Origin: Salinimicrobium sp.
GTDB lineage: Archaea; Thermoplasmatota; Poseidoniia; Poseidoniales; Poseidoniaceae
Assembly: GCA_964228865.1 (NCBI GenBank)
Contig: CAXRAI010000016.1
Location: forward strand, 54,440-118,439
Length of the DNA stretch: 64,000 nucleotides
Direction: 5' to 3'
Part shown: piece after piece, positions 41,601 to 52,337 of the stretch
Numbering within the stretch: position 1 is the first letter of the stretch
Layout of the letters: every line of letters begins with the position of its first letter
Made by a program: the position numbers and the translations under genes
The notes under the pieces: model-generated
Told to the model about the DNA's origin: nothing
The model's input: the letters and a program-made list of their open reading frames with translations, nothing else
Databases searched by the model: none

Positions 41601-42546
41601 TTTCGATGGCCACGTTCAGCCGTTGAATCTCCTGTTGGAGGGCTTCGCCGCCGCCCCCAAGTTTGTCCTGGATCTGCTTGACCAGTTCAGCGATGGCATC
41701 GTCAAGGCGGATCAATTGCTTGGCGGCTTGAGCGACGTCTGCCTCAAGCGCGCTGGCTTCCTCGATGTTGCGAGCAACCTCACGGCGTTGATGTTCGATG
41801 GTGCCTTCCTGACCGGCAAGGCGAGCCCGCCAAAGCCTGGCGCGGGCGGTCAAAAGGTCCTCCCGGATCTTGAGGGCCTTCTCAGCATCCTTCTTTTCCT
41901 CAACAAGGTCGGCGAGGTGCCGTTGTTGCTCTTGTTCGATCATCGCGATGCGTTCGAGGTATTCCTCCACCTGCTTCCGTTGACGGTCCGCCTTGCGAAT
42001 TTCCTCGTCGTAGGACGTCACGCCAGCGACATCGTCGAGCACCTTTCGTCGCTCACCTGAACTCATCTTTGAGAGGCTGGTCACGTCACCTTGGAGCACG
42101 ATGTTGTAACCGTCAGGTCGGGCATTGGCCGCTCCGAGAAGACGGTGGAAGGCCTTGAGCGAGGATTCCTCCCCGTTCAGGTGGTATTCGGTCACGACGT
42201 TTCCGGCAGGCGTCAAACGAACGCGCTTCGACATGGTGATTTCGTCCAAATCGAGGGGGAGGCGGCGAAGGCCCCCTTCCATCGCAGGATTCGCAAAGAC
42301 CAGCGTGACGGCACATCCCTTTGCTGGACGGCTGTTTTTACCACCGTTGAAGATCAAGTCCTTGGAATTCTGAGCCCGCAAGGTCTTGGCCGATTTGGGA
42401 CCAAGAACGAATTGAATGGCATCTCCGCTGTTCGATTTTCCGGAGCCGTTTGGGCCTGTGATGGCCGTGAATCCACGTCCAAAGGGAATGCGAACTTCCC
42501 CCTTGAACGACTTGAAATCAACCATCACGAGTTCCTTGAGGTACAT
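38689..42546 (-). CDS. smc: Chromosome segregation protein SMC
   Basis: [29 protein letters not shown] is Walker A. Long coiled coils and a hinge follow, and the C-terminus has [32 protein letters not shown] (signature and Walker B). The start was trimmed to MYLKEL, which has a GGAGGG SD upstream. Confidence 0.95.
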   Translation of the reverse strand: [1285 protein letters not shown]

Positions 42547-42662
42547 CCCATCCCTCCGGTCCAAATTGGACCTCAGGCCCGTCATCGCGAACGAGGGAAC
42601 TTAAACACTCCGAGAATGAGGCACCGCGAGGCCATCGTTCAGGAATGGAGGGCGCTTCGCCG

Positions 42663-43400
42663 TCACAGGGTTCCAAGCGCGTCGCAGCGGTCGCAACCGG
42701 ACCCCTTGCAGTAGGGGCAGGTGGCCCGGACCAACGGACTCGATCGGGTGCGCATGGGGCGTGTTGGGCCACGAGCAAGGCGGGAATGGCCCTCCGTCGA
42801 ACTGTTCCGGTGAGCATGGACGAACGCCAGCCGGTTTTCGTCGACTTTGGCCCGACGTGATTGCTGGACTTCGGCAAATTCCGATTCTCTATATTTCGGC
42901 CCACGCATCAGCATCATGCCGATGAACGCAACCAGCAATTGGAACAGCCACGCCTGATTGATGAAAGGAACCAATTCAACCAAACCTTCCGAAGAAGCAG
43001 ACCCCGGCAAGAGGGCCAGCCGGTCAAGGATGGCCAGGGAAAACAGCATGGCTCCAGTGATGAACATGACACGCCGGATGCGTTTGGCCATTTTCGGAGA
43101 GCGGGGCATTCGGGCAGTCCCTGCGAGCAACAGGATGCCACCTTCGGCGATCAGCATGAGATCCGCGCCCGTCCACGTGCCGAGTTCGCCGAAGCAATGG
43201 CTTTGCCCAAAGGTCTGCAGATGCGTCCCAATTTGACTGACGCTGCAGCCAGGATCTGACATACGGATGATGTCGAGTTTGGCGTTCGGCGCACCGCTCA
43301 CGAGCATCGGAGCAAGGCTGCCTCGCTCGACGTTGACCCATGCTCCAGCCGCAATGCCTAGGCCAAGCAGCGTGCCGATGCGGCGACGCAACTTCCCCAT
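42663..43400 (-). CDS. Hypothetical membrane protein with a C-terminal zinc ribbon
   Basis: There are three or four TM helices, and CPYCKGSGCDRCDALG at the C-terminus forms a CxxC...CxxC ribbon. It lies upstream of smc on the same strand and is divergent from nadB. Confidence 0.4.
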   Translation of the reverse strand: MGKLRRRIGTLLGLGIAAGAWVNVERGSLAPMLVSGAPNAKLDIIRMSDPGCSVSQIGTHLQTFGQSHCFGELGTWTGADLMLIAEGGILLLAGTARMPRSPKMAKRIRRVMFITGAMLFSLAILDRLALLPGSASSEGLVELVPFINQAWLFQLLVAFIGMMLMRGPKYRESEFAEVQQSRRAKVDENRLAFVHAHRNSSTEGHSRLARGPTRPMRTRSSPLVRATCPYCKGSGCDRCDALGTL

Positions 43401-43479
43401 GCGCTGATGTCGAGCACCGCATCAATAGCCCTGTCGGCCTCGCCGATGCGGTCAAAGGGGAAGGGCGGCAGGTCGACCC

Positions 43480-45099
43480 GTGCACGAAGCAGCGCCGGTG
43501 GCGGTGGTCGGCAGCGGCATTGCCGGCTTGTTCTGCGCCCTCCGACTCGCTGAAGGGGGGCGGCAGGTCCAGATCTTCACCAAACGGAGGACACAGGATT
43601 CGTCCACCAACTGGGCGCAGGGGGGCATCGCCGCCATCCTTGACAAAACAGCTCAAGAGGCGATTGAAGCACATGTTCAGGACACCCTTGCGGCAGGCGC
43701 TGGGACGTGCAACGAAGCGGTGGTTCGTTCGGTTGTCAACGAAGCCGGCGATCGAATTCGGGACCTCTTGGACCTCGGCGTGAACTTCCAACGTGAGCCC
43801 GATGGGTCCTTGCATCGGGTGCGTGAAGGAGGCCACAGCAGCCGACGCATCCTTCACGCGAAAGACGCCACGGGGCGTGAAATCGAACGCTCGTTGATCG
43901 AATCGGTCACCGCCCATCCGGGCATCTCCGTACACAGCGACACCATCGTGGTGGACCTCATCCGTCGCGAGCACGCCAACCCTTCGTCTGGCGTGGTGGG
44001 CCTCTGGGTTCAACACGAGGACGATGCGGACGTGCACACCGTTCCTGCATCGGCCATCGTGTTGGCCACGGGAGGTGCGGGTCAACTCTGGGCCCCGACC
44101 ACCAATCCTCCGGTGTCCACCGGAGACGGCTTGGCCATGGCCGCACGCTTCGGAGCCCACGTGAAAGACATGGCCTTCGTGCAGTTCCATCCAACGACCA
44201 TCGAACACCCCTCCAGAACCTTCCTGATCACCGAAGCCCTTCGTGGGGAGGGGGCCGTGTTGCTGGATGACGAAGGCTTGGCGCGTTGGCGGTCGTCTGG
44301 CGATGAAGACCCTGCACCGTACTCCTTCACGCTGAAGGCCTCACCGAAGGGTTCCATGGGAACCCGTGATTTGGTGGCCCGGGCCATCGATGCGAACCTC
44401 AAGCGTTCGGGGCGTGACGCGGTCTGGCTGGTGACAGAACACCTCGATGCTCGCATGCTGAACGACCGTTTCCCAACGATCCAACGCATGCTCGCGGACC
44501 TTGACCTGCAGCTTGGCGTTGACCCCATTCCAGTCCGCCCAGCCGCGCACTACACCGTCGGGGGCGTTGCCGTCGACAGCAACGGACAAGCCATGGACAA
44601 GGAAAGCCGACCGCTTCCAGGCCTGTATGCGATCGGTGAGGTGGCCTGCACAGGCATGCACGGAGCCAACCGACTGGCATCCAACAGCCTGCTGGAGGCC
44701 GTGGTGTATGCGCAACGTACCGCCGCCCACCTGCTTGAATCAGAACCTGCAGCACGTGCGCAAGACCTGCCAGCATGGAGGGCAGACGGTTTGCCACCGG
44801 TCGAAGAGCACGGTGCGTTGGCTCATGATTTGACCAGTTTGCGCGAAACGATGGGGCGTGAAGTGGGCATCATGCGGAGAAACAGACGCCTTGCCCGGGC
44901 ACAACGCCGACTCAACCTTCTGTCGCAAGAGGTGAATCAGACATGGCTGAGATGCAGGCCGACCAAAGACTTGGTCGAGTTGAGAAACATGGTGCAGGTC
45001 GCCATGATGGTGGTGGACGATGCTTCGGCTCAGAAAGAAAACCGTGGTCTGCACTACAACGCGGACCTCACCGGCCCAAGGCCTGAATCAAAGCCGTGA
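43480..45099 (+). CDS. nadB: L-aspartate oxidase
   Basis: VAVVGSGIAGL is the FAD GxGxxG motif, SSTNWAQGGIAA and HYTVGGV are NadB blocks, and the gene has a GTG start. Confidence 0.9.
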   Translation: MHEAAPVAVVGSGIAGLFCALRLAEGGRQVQIFTKRRTQDSSTNWAQGGIAAILDKTAQEAIEAHVQDTLAAGAGTCNEAVVRSVVNEAGDRIRDLLDLGVNFQREPDGSLHRVREGGHSSRRILHAKDATGREIERSLIESVTAHPGISVHSDTIVVDLIRREHANPSSGVVGLWVQHEDDADVHTVPASAIVLATGGAGQLWAPTTNPPVSTGDGLAMAARFGAHVKDMAFVQFHPTTIEHPSRTFLITEALRGEGAVLLDDEGLARWRSSGDEDPAPYSFTLKASPKGSMGTRDLVARAIDANLKRSGRDAVWLVTEHLDARMLNDRFPTIQRMLADLDLQLGVDPIPVRPAAHYTVGGVAVDSNGQAMDKESRPLPGLYAIGEVACTGMHGANRLASNSLLEAVVYAQRTAAHLLESEPAARAQDLPAWRADGLPPVEEHGALAHDLTSLRETMGREVGIMRRNRRLARAQRRLNLLSQEVNQTWLRCRPTKDLVELRNMVQVAMMVVDDASAQKENRGLHYNADLTGPRPESKP

Positions 45100-45991
45100 C
45101 CTGGGCATTTTGCGTGGCCATCAAACCATGCTGTTCAGCCAAATTGACGATAAATCCGTTCAGTGCATCGATTTCTGTGGGCCGTCCAGCCCTCACGTCT
45201 TCGAGCATGGAGCACCTGTTTTCGGAAGTGGCGTCCAAGACGTCCACCAAGGTCGTCACCAATTCGTCCATGTCGGGCACGTTCACGCCTTGGCGGCGAC
45301 CCACTTGCTCTGCCTCCATCAGCAGACCAACGGCAGCATCGAACAGGGGCGTGTGAAGCATCTCTCCGTTGCGTACACCGGCCAAAGCACACAACGGATT
45401 GATCGCGATGTTCAGCAAAGCCTTGCTCCAAATTTGCCGGCGAGCGTCCTCGACCACCCTGGCCGACAAGCCTGACGCATTCAGGCTGAGGGCCAAGGCT
45501 TCCACGGCCGCGACAGGTGCGCCCGCAGGCCAAGCACCCAACGCAACCTCTCCACGCCCCGTCCAGACCGAGGTGCTGCCTTCTCCTCGCATCGCGCCAT
45601 GGGTCGAACTTGCCGCGATGATGCGCCCCGGTAGAGCACGTGCAAGCCGTTCGACCACACCCAACCCGTTGCCAAGGTAAGCCACGGCACCCTCACGCCC
45701 GAGAAGGCCGGGCAAAATGGGCAACAGGGCATCCACCTGATGCGCCTTGACACAAAGCAGCACGACGTCCAAGCTCAGCGTGGGCGTCGATGCACCCGGT
45801 GCATCGAGAAGGTGCACCTGCTCTGCGGGCAGAACAACCTCAACGTCGGCATGCCCCGTGACCTTCAGACCCGTGGCCAACACGTGAGCCCCACGTGATC
45901 CTCGGGTCAACACGTGGACCTCATGGTGCTGTGCCAGATGGGCGGCGAACAGCCCACCTGTGGCGCCAAGACCGATCACGCCCATCTGCAC
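45068..45991 (-). CDS. panE: 2-dehydropantoate 2-reductase (ketopantoate reductase, ApbA/PanE family)
   Basis: VIGLGATGGLFAA is the N-terminal Rossmann motif. Family length and the C-terminal domain match. It overlaps the convergent nadB by 32 nt. Confidence 0.8.
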   Translation of the reverse strand: MQMGVIGLGATGGLFAAHLAQHHEVHVLTRGSRGAHVLATGLKVTGHADVEVVLPAEQVHLLDAPGASTPTLSLDVVLLCVKAHQVDALLPILPGLLGREGAVAYLGNGLGVVERLARALPGRIIAASSTHGAMRGEGSTSVWTGRGEVALGAWPAGAPVAAVEALALSLNASGLSARVVEDARRQIWSKALLNIAINPLCALAGVRNGEMLHTPLFDAAVGLLMEAEQVGRRQGVNVPDMDELVTTLVDVLDATSENRCSMLEDVRAGRPTEIDALNGFIVNLAEQHGLMATQNAQVTALIQALGR

Positions 45992-45993
45992 CG

Positions 45994-48549
45994 TCAGGCC
46001 TCCAATGAGGACAACCGAAGGAGGACACGCCCGTCAAGGTGGTCGAATTCGAAACTCGAGGTCCCAGACCCTGGAGGGACCAAGGTCAGAACCGTCGTGC
46101 CGTTGACGAGGGCAGCGGGAGCGGTGAGCTCCCAGGCGGGCCCGCTTCCGGCGAGGACCACGTTCAGGGCAAGTTCCTGATCCGCCTCGAGGTGGAGTTC
46201 CAGCGCCCCTGTATCGTTCAGCGCCATGCCCGCGAGGGCACGGCCGTCGTGGTACACGCCACCCACACCAATCCATCGACGTTCAACCTGCGGGAACGAC
46301 AGCCGAACGTCGGGACCTCGCTCAAGCCGGTAGGTGGCTGGCGAAGCCTCCCCAAGGGGGCAATGGAGCAACTCACCGTCAGCAGGGGCACGCAAGGTGA
46401 GGACCTCTCCTTCGGCCACGGTGGGCATGGCTCCAGCACCACGGACCTCCAAGTCCCATACCCAGCCTTGTTCGCCACGAGGAGGCGTGGCTTCTGGGGA
46501 AAGGTCCGCGCATGAATCGCGATCCAAGTGAAGGCTTCCTCCTGCCTCAAGACCAGCCCCCCAACCTTCGGAAGTCACGTTCCATCCGTCGTCGTCGAAA
46601 GCAAGGCGAGCAACCATGTTGGCGGGCGAGAGCACGAAGGTGGAGGAGTCGATCGTCAGGTGGCTCGGCGGGGTGTGCTTCAGCAGCATGGGGTCTGCAC
46701 TGCGAAGGCAGTGCGACGTGGGGGCGGTTGAGTTCAGCGCTTGCGTGCCGCTCTCGGTCCACCACACAGCGCGTTCATCGTGCACGTATTCGGGGAGGCT
46801 GAAGTTTGCGTGAGCACCTTCAGCGGCCGTCACATCAACGCACACGAGGAGGCCCGCTTCGTCCGAGGTGAGGTTCCACTGGGGCGTTGACGGATACACG
46901 GGAAGGTCCGGTTGAAGCGGAGCAGCCCATTGGATGGCACCGCCTGAAACGCTGAGGGCATCGCCGGTCGGCGTGCCCTCACCCACCCATGAAGCATTGA
47001 GACGAAGCGCAGTGTTCCGTCCGGCGCCGACCTCAACGCCGCAACGTTCCCCTTCACCGGTCGTGCAGCCTTCCCATGAAGCCGACCAAGATGGACCGAT
47101 GACGAGGCCGAGGTCAATCGTCTGGTCGAGCAACGACGGGTTGAGCACGCTCATGTTGATCGAGGCCGTCCAGACGCCTTCAACATCCACCACATCAACG
47201 ACCTCAGGGGCATCGAGGGTCATGTCCGCATCCCAATCGGCGTGGGCGATGAGTGGCGTTTCTGAAGGCAGTGCCACAAGCAGGAGAAGCACCCACACAA
47301 GACCCATGGCGAAATGCTGCTGCTCAGGGACAGGCTTGGTGTCGTCGAGGACCATCGGCCACCGGCGATCGGAACCCATCAGCAAGGTCAGCGTGAGGAT
47401 GACAGGGAGCACGATCGACCACACGGAAAAACGGGTGAACACGGAAAAGAGAACAGCTCCGAGCGCAAAGGCGAACAGCAGCAGCATTTGGGTCTGCGTG
47501 GTCCGAACTTCGCTCATGCCCAAGCGTGCCACGTGAAGGCGACCACCCGGGAAAGTAGGCACATGCAGCAGGGAAACCCACGCCAGGAAGGTCAGCGTCG
47601 CCCCGGCCCAAACCAGGGGACTGGCCCACGCAGCCCGCAAGGACAAGTCCGTCCTCAACAAGCCGTCCATCATCCCGAGGAACCAACCCGGGTCATGGCT
47701 GACAGGGAGGGCTGAGACGCTGCTTGCTGCAGGCGTCAGCAACCACCCCAGCATCCACAGGCCTAATCCACCGAGGATCAGGACGCCTGGTGCGCTCAAG
47801 GCCGTCCAACCAAGGGAGGCACGATCGGGCCATGGACGTGCATCCATTCGTGGCAAGGTGGGCAGCACGAAGATGCCGAACGGCCACACGAGCCATGCCG
47901 CGGGAAGTGCTCCCGTCGCCCAAAGCAGGATGGAAGGGTCGGGAACAGGCACAATCGGTCCAACGCGCACGCCGCGGGAACGAGCCACAGCAACCTGAAC
48001 GAGGGACGCCAAGGCCACCAACCCGAGCACTGGAAGGGCCGTGAGCAGGAAAGCGTCAGCGAGCCCTGACGAGGAGATGACGCCTTCAGCGGGTCGGCTT
48101 GCCTTGGTCCCAACAAACCCTGCCATGGTCAGCGTGCACGCCGAGACCGCCCACAGGCAGAGGATCCAGGCACGACCGAGGAACTGGCCTCGTGGCAAGG
48201 GGAGGATTTGCAAGACCAGAGGACGACCCCCTCGAAGGCGAGCCATCCACCCAAGTTCACTCAATTCATCGTTGAACTGGACCATCGAGGCGGACACCGT
48301 GGCGTCGGCTTCCTCTTCAAGTTCCCAAGCAGGAAGGCGATCGCCGACTTGGGCGCCCAAAGCAAAGTGACGCCGAGCGATGTGCTCGAGGAATTCACGC
48401 TGGGACCACGCCTTGGGGTGCACCGGCAAGGGGTCAGGCGCATCGTCCTCGAAGCGTACCTCATCTTCCATCAGGCCGCCTCCTTGACTTTCTGTGACCC
48501 ACGGTCCGCCTTGAATCAACCCCTTTGGGCTGAAGCGGGCTCGGCTCAC
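45994..48549 (-). CDS. Large polytopic membrane protein (ten or more predicted TM helices) with a ~420-aa C-terminal extracytoplasmic domain; function unknown
   Basis: The N-terminal half is highly hydrophobic (LVWPFGIFVLPTLP, VLILGGLGLWMLGWLL, LLLFAFALGAVLFSVF...). The C-terminal half is N/T/W-rich and globular. No HExxH motif is present, so it is not an obvious S2P protease. Its start overlaps the atpD stop by 4 nt and it lies immediately upstream of panE. Confidence 0.55.
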   Translation of the reverse strand: MSRARFSPKGLIQGGPWVTESQGGGLMEDEVRFEDDAPDPLPVHPKAWSQREFLEHIARRHFALGAQVGDRLPAWELEEEADATVSASMVQFNDELSELGWMARLRGGRPLVLQILPLPRGQFLGRAWILCLWAVSACTLTMAGFVGTKASRPAEGVISSSGLADAFLLTALPVLGLVALASLVQVAVARSRGVRVGPIVPVPDPSILLWATGALPAAWLVWPFGIFVLPTLPRMDARPWPDRASLGWTALSAPGVLILGGLGLWMLGWLLTPAASSVSALPVSHDPGWFLGMMDGLLRTDLSLRAAWASPLVWAGATLTFLAWVSLLHVPTFPGGRLHVARLGMSEVRTTQTQMLLLFAFALGAVLFSVFTRFSVWSIVLPVILTLTLLMGSDRRWPMVLDDTKPVPEQQHFAMGLVWVLLLLVALPSETPLIAHADWDADMTLDAPEVVDVVDVEGVWTASINMSVLNPSLLDQTIDLGLVIGPSWSASWEGCTTGEGERCGVEVGAGRNTALRLNASWVGEGTPTGDALSVSGGAIQWAAPLQPDLPVYPSTPQWNLTSDEAGLLVCVDVTAAEGAHANFSLPEYVHDERAVWWTESGTQALNSTAPTSHCLRSADPMLLKHTPPSHLTIDSSTFVLSPANMVARLAFDDDGWNVTSEGWGAGLEAGGSLHLDRDSCADLSPEATPPRGEQGWVWDLEVRGAGAMPTVAEGEVLTLRAPADGELLHCPLGEASPATYRLERGPDVRLSFPQVERRWIGVGGVYHDGRALAGMALNDTGALELHLEADQELALNVVLAGSGPAWELTAPAALVNGTTVLTLVPPGSGTSSFEFDHLDGRVLLRLSSLEA

Positions 48550-49163
48550 TTGTTCTTGAATCGCTTGAGCCTGAAGGTCTCTTCACGTTCCATCTCTTCA
48601 AGACGGAGTTTGATGAACACCTGGGCCTCCTCAAGTTCGGGGATGACCTTGAACTCGAGCGCGTTGACACGGCGCTTGGTGGCCTCGATTTCTTCGAGCA
48701 GCCGCTTCAGCGTGGCCTCCATTTCGGCGGCCTTGACCATCTTCTCAATGAGGTCGCCGAAGGCATCGCTTGCTTCGTCGATGTAGGGGCTCGAACCGAT
48801 GAAACCAACACCGCGCTCGGCGAAGGTGGAGCGAAGGTTGCTGCCGCTCACGTTGGGCACCACGACGCCCATGATGTTGCGCCGCTCAACCTCGACTTCG
48901 GGGTGAGCAGAGTTGGCGATCGCCGCGGCGCGGACCGCCAAACCGCCTTCGATGGCGTTGGCCAAATCCATGCGTGTCTTGGCCAAGCGGTAGGCTTCGG
49001 TCAATTCTCGCTTCGCCGCAATCATCTCCGTCAGGAGGGTGCGGAACTCGTGAAACAGGCCATCGCGCTTCATCTTCAGCAGTTTGTACCCGTTTCGGGT
49101 CTGCTTGATCCGTCCCTTGAGCTTGATCAGCTCACTGCGGGTCGGCTTGATGTCGAGCGCCAT
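48546..49163 (-). CDS. atpD: A-type (A1A0/V-type) ATP synthase subunit D
   Basis: MALDIKPTRSELIKLKGRIKQTRNGYKLLKMKRDGL is the subunit D N-terminal signature. Confidence 0.9.
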   Translation of the reverse strand: MALDIKPTRSELIKLKGRIKQTRNGYKLLKMKRDGLFHEFRTLLTEMIAAKRELTEAYRLAKTRMDLANAIEGGLAVRAAAIANSAHPEVEVERRNIMGVVVPNVSGSNLRSTFAERGVGFIGSSPYIDEASDAFGDLIEKMVKAAEMEATLKRLLEEIEATKRRVNALEFKVIPELEEAQVFIKLRLEEMEREETFRLKRFKNK

Positions 49164-49178
49164 GTTTCCTCACCTCGT

Positions 49179-50558
49179 TCAGCTGCGGTTCTCGGGGTGG
49201 TACTTCGCGATGAGTTCCTCGTCAAGGCGCACGAGGTACTTCGTGTCGATGTTGGACATGAGTTCCCAGCACAGGTCGAGCGTCTCATCGATGGAGCGGT
49301 CCTCGTCACGGCTCTGGCGGAGGAAACGGTCTTCGAAGATGGCGGAGAAGTCGAGCAGTTGCTTGTCACGCTCGTTCAGCGCATCTTCACCGACGATGGC
49401 CACCAGACCGCGGAGTTCGCGGCCCTGCGCATACGCGGCGTACATCTGGTCGCTGACCTTCTTGTGGTCGTCGCGCGTGGTCTTTTCACCGATGCACGAA
49501 CCCATCAGGCGAGACAGGGACGGCAGCACGTTGATCGGCGGGTAGATGCCCTGCTGGTGGAGCTCACGGGAAATCACGATTTGACCTTCGGTGATGTATC
49601 CGGAGAGGTCAGGAATTGGGTGCGTGATGTCGTCACCGGGCATGGTGAGAATGGGGAACTGCGTGATGGACCCTTTCTTGCCCTTCACGATGCCCGCACG
49701 CTCGTAGAGCATGGCCAAGTCGGTGTACATGTAACCGGGATAACCACGGCGGCCGGGAACTTCTTCACGGGCGGCACCGATTTGACGGAGTGCGTCGCAG
49801 TAGTTCGTCATGTCCGTGTAGATGACCAGCACGTGGTAGTCCTGCTCGAAGGCGAGGTATTCTGCGGCGGTCAACGCGAGACGGGGCGTAATGATCCGCT
49901 CGACGGCCGGGTCGTCCGCGAGGTTGACGAACAGCACAGCGTTCTCCAGAGCACCGGTGCGCTCGAGGTCAGAACGGAAGAAATTGTACTCTTCAGCGGT
50001 GATGCCCATGGCACAGAACACGACGATGAACTCCTCATCGCTGTCCTTGAGTTTCGCCTGACGGGCAATCTGCAGCGCGATGTCGTTGTGGGGAAGACCC
50101 GACGCCGAGAAAATCGGCAACTTCTGGCCGCGCACGAGCGTGGTGCAGCAGTCGATGGCAGAGATGCCGGTCTGAATGAAGTCGTGGGGACTCTGTCGGC
50201 TGTACGGGTTGATGGCTGCACCGATGATGTCGGCCTTCTCGTCCGCGACAATTTCGGGGCCGCCGTCACGAGGACGACCGGCACCGTCGAGGATGCGACC
50301 GACCAGGTCGGTGCTGACGGGGAGCTTGAACACGTCACCAAGGAAGGTCACGCCAGCTTGGCGGTCGACCTTTGCGGTGCCTTCGAACACCTGCACGACG
50401 ACCATGTCGTCGGACGTGTCAAGCACCTGGCCGTTCTTGATGTCCCCGTTGGAGAGACGAAGCGACACGATCTCGCCGTAGGCGACGGGTTCGGTTTTGT
50501 TCAGGAACACAAGCGGTCCCTTGACGTCGGTGATGGTACGGTATTCCTTTCCTGCCAT
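49179..50558 (-). CDS. atpB: A-type ATP synthase subunit B (regulatory)
   Basis: The 459-aa product is homologous to the A/V-type B subunit and has a degenerate P-loop. Confidence 0.95.
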   Translation of the reverse strand: MAGKEYRTITDVKGPLVFLNKTEPVAYGEIVSLRLSNGDIKNGQVLDTSDDMVVVQVFEGTAKVDRQAGVTFLGDVFKLPVSTDLVGRILDGAGRPRDGGPEIVADEKADIIGAAINPYSRQSPHDFIQTGISAIDCCTTLVRGQKLPIFSASGLPHNDIALQIARQAKLKDSDEEFIVVFCAMGITAEEYNFFRSDLERTGALENAVLFVNLADDPAVERIITPRLALTAAEYLAFEQDYHVLVIYTDMTNYCDALRQIGAAREEVPGRRGYPGYMYTDLAMLYERAGIVKGKKGSITQFPILTMPGDDITHPIPDLSGYITEGQIVISRELHQQGIYPPINVLPSLSRLMGSCIGEKTTRDDHKKVSDQMYAAYAQGRELRGLVAIVGEDALNERDKQLLDFSAIFEDRFLRQSRDEDRSIDETLDLCWELMSNIDTKYLVRLDEELIAKYHPENRS

Positions 50559-50570
50559 GATGATCCCTCC

Positions 50571-52310
50571 TCAGTTCTCCTCCACGGTGGCTTCAATTTC
50601 ATCCACCATCGCCTTGACCATGCCGTCGATGCGGTCGATGTAGCCCTCTTCGAAACGGCCACGCAGAAGCGCGGACCGCGCGGGCACGTTGACCACGTCG
50701 GAGAGCGCGGAGCCGGCACCCATGGCCGACTTCGCCGCGTCTTGGAAGGTCAGCACGGCCTTGGCCATGCGGTACTGCAGGTTGATGTCACAGTAGGCGT
50801 CGATGGGGTCGAAGCCGTTCTGCTGCAGGAAGTACTCGCGGATCATGCGAGCGACTTCGAGCGTCAACTGCTGATCGACCGGCAGCGCGTCGGAACCGAC
50901 GAGCTGCACAATCTCTTGCAGTTCAGCCTCAATCTGAAGCAGACCGGAGATGGCGGTTCGAATCTCGGGGAAGTCCTGCCCGATGTTGTCGCGGTACCAC
51001 TGGTCGAGGGACGGTGGGTACAGCGAGTAGGAGTTCAGCCAGTTGATGGCGGGGAAGTGGCGCTGTCGGGCCAGACCCGCGTCGAGGCCCCAGAACACCT
51101 TGACGATGCGCAGGGTACCTTGGCTGACCGGCTCGGAAATGTCGCCACCGGGGGGTGACACCGCACCGATGGCGGTCACGGAGCCGTCCTCACCAGAGAG
51201 GGTGTTGACACGGCCAGCTCGCTCGTAGAACTCGGCGATGCGGGACGAGAGGTACGCAGGGTAGCCTTCCTCACCAGGCATTTCTTCCAGACGGGAGGAA
51301 ATCTCACGCATGGCCTCGGCCCAACGGGAGGTCGAGTCGGCCATGAGGGCCACGTCGTAGCCCATGTCACGGAAGTACTCGGCGATGGTGATGCCGGTGT
51401 ACACCGACGCTTCACGGGCGGCCACAGGCATGTTCGAGGTGTTTGCGATCATGACGGTGCGGTTCATCAGCGGCTTGCCGGTGTTGGGGTCGATGAGGTG
51501 AGGGAACTCGTCCAGCACTTCGGTCATCTCGTTTCCACGCTCACCGCAGCCGATGTAGACCACGATCTGCGCGTCGGAGTACTTCGCAAGGGACTGCTGG
51601 GTGACCGTCTTACCGGACCCGAAGGGACCGGGGATACCGGCTGCACCGCCCTTGGCGAGCGGGAACAGGAAGTCGAGGATGCGCATTCCGGTGATGAGCG
51701 GGGTGTCGGGCGCGTACTTCGTCTGGTAGGGGCGGGGTGAGCGAACCGGCCACTTCTGCATCATCTGAATCTCGGTGCCGTCCTCGAGGGTGGCGACCGT
51801 TTGCGTGACGTTGAAGTCGCCGCTCTCGATGCTCTTGATGGTTCCAGAAACGTTGGGCGGGACCATGATCTTGTGGACGATGGTTTCGGTTTCCTGCACG
51901 TGTCCGATGACGTTCCCGCCAGAAACCTCGTCGCCAACGGAAGCCACCGGCTCAAAGGTCCAGGTCTTCTCCATGTCGAAGGCGTCGGCGTCGACACCAC
52001 GGGTGATGAAGAAACCCATCTGCTCCTCAAGGGTCTGGAGCGGGCGCTGGATACCGTCGTAGATCTGAGTGAGCAGACCAGGTCCAAGCGCCACAGAGAG
52101 GGTCTCCTGCGTGTTCAGCACAGGTTCACCCGGGCGGATGCCGGAGGTGTCTTCGTACACTTGGATGACCGACTGGTCGCCGTGAATCTCGATCACTTCG
52201 CCCATCAGGCCTTCATCGCCGACACGTACGACGTCGTACATGGCAGCACTCATGCCTTTGGCCGTGACCACAGGTCCGGAAATGCGGTAGATTTGTCCTT
52301 CGTTGCTCAT
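50571..52310 (-). CDS. atpA: A-type ATP synthase subunit A (catalytic)
   Basis: The 579-aa product carries GPFGSGKTV (Walker A) and a non-homologous insert region typical of A subunits. Confidence 0.95.
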   Translation of the reverse strand: MSNEGQIYRISGPVVTAKGMSAAMYDVVRVGDEGLMGEVIEIHGDQSVIQVYEDTSGIRPGEPVLNTQETLSVALGPGLLTQIYDGIQRPLQTLEEQMGFFITRGVDADAFDMEKTWTFEPVASVGDEVSGGNVIGHVQETETIVHKIMVPPNVSGTIKSIESGDFNVTQTVATLEDGTEIQMMQKWPVRSPRPYQTKYAPDTPLITGMRILDFLFPLAKGGAAGIPGPFGSGKTVTQQSLAKYSDAQIVVYIGCGERGNEMTEVLDEFPHLIDPNTGKPLMNRTVMIANTSNMPVAAREASVYTGITIAEYFRDMGYDVALMADSTSRWAEAMREISSRLEEMPGEEGYPAYLSSRIAEFYERAGRVNTLSGEDGSVTAIGAVSPPGGDISEPVSQGTLRIVKVFWGLDAGLARQRHFPAINWLNSYSLYPPSLDQWYRDNIGQDFPEIRTAISGLLQIEAELQEIVQLVGSDALPVDQQLTLEVARMIREYFLQQNGFDPIDAYCDINLQYRMAKAVLTFQDAAKSAMGAGSALSDVVNVPARSALLRGRFEEGYIDRIDGMVKAMVDEIEATVEEN

Positions 52311-52337
52311 TCATCTTCCTCCAATATGTGTGGAACA

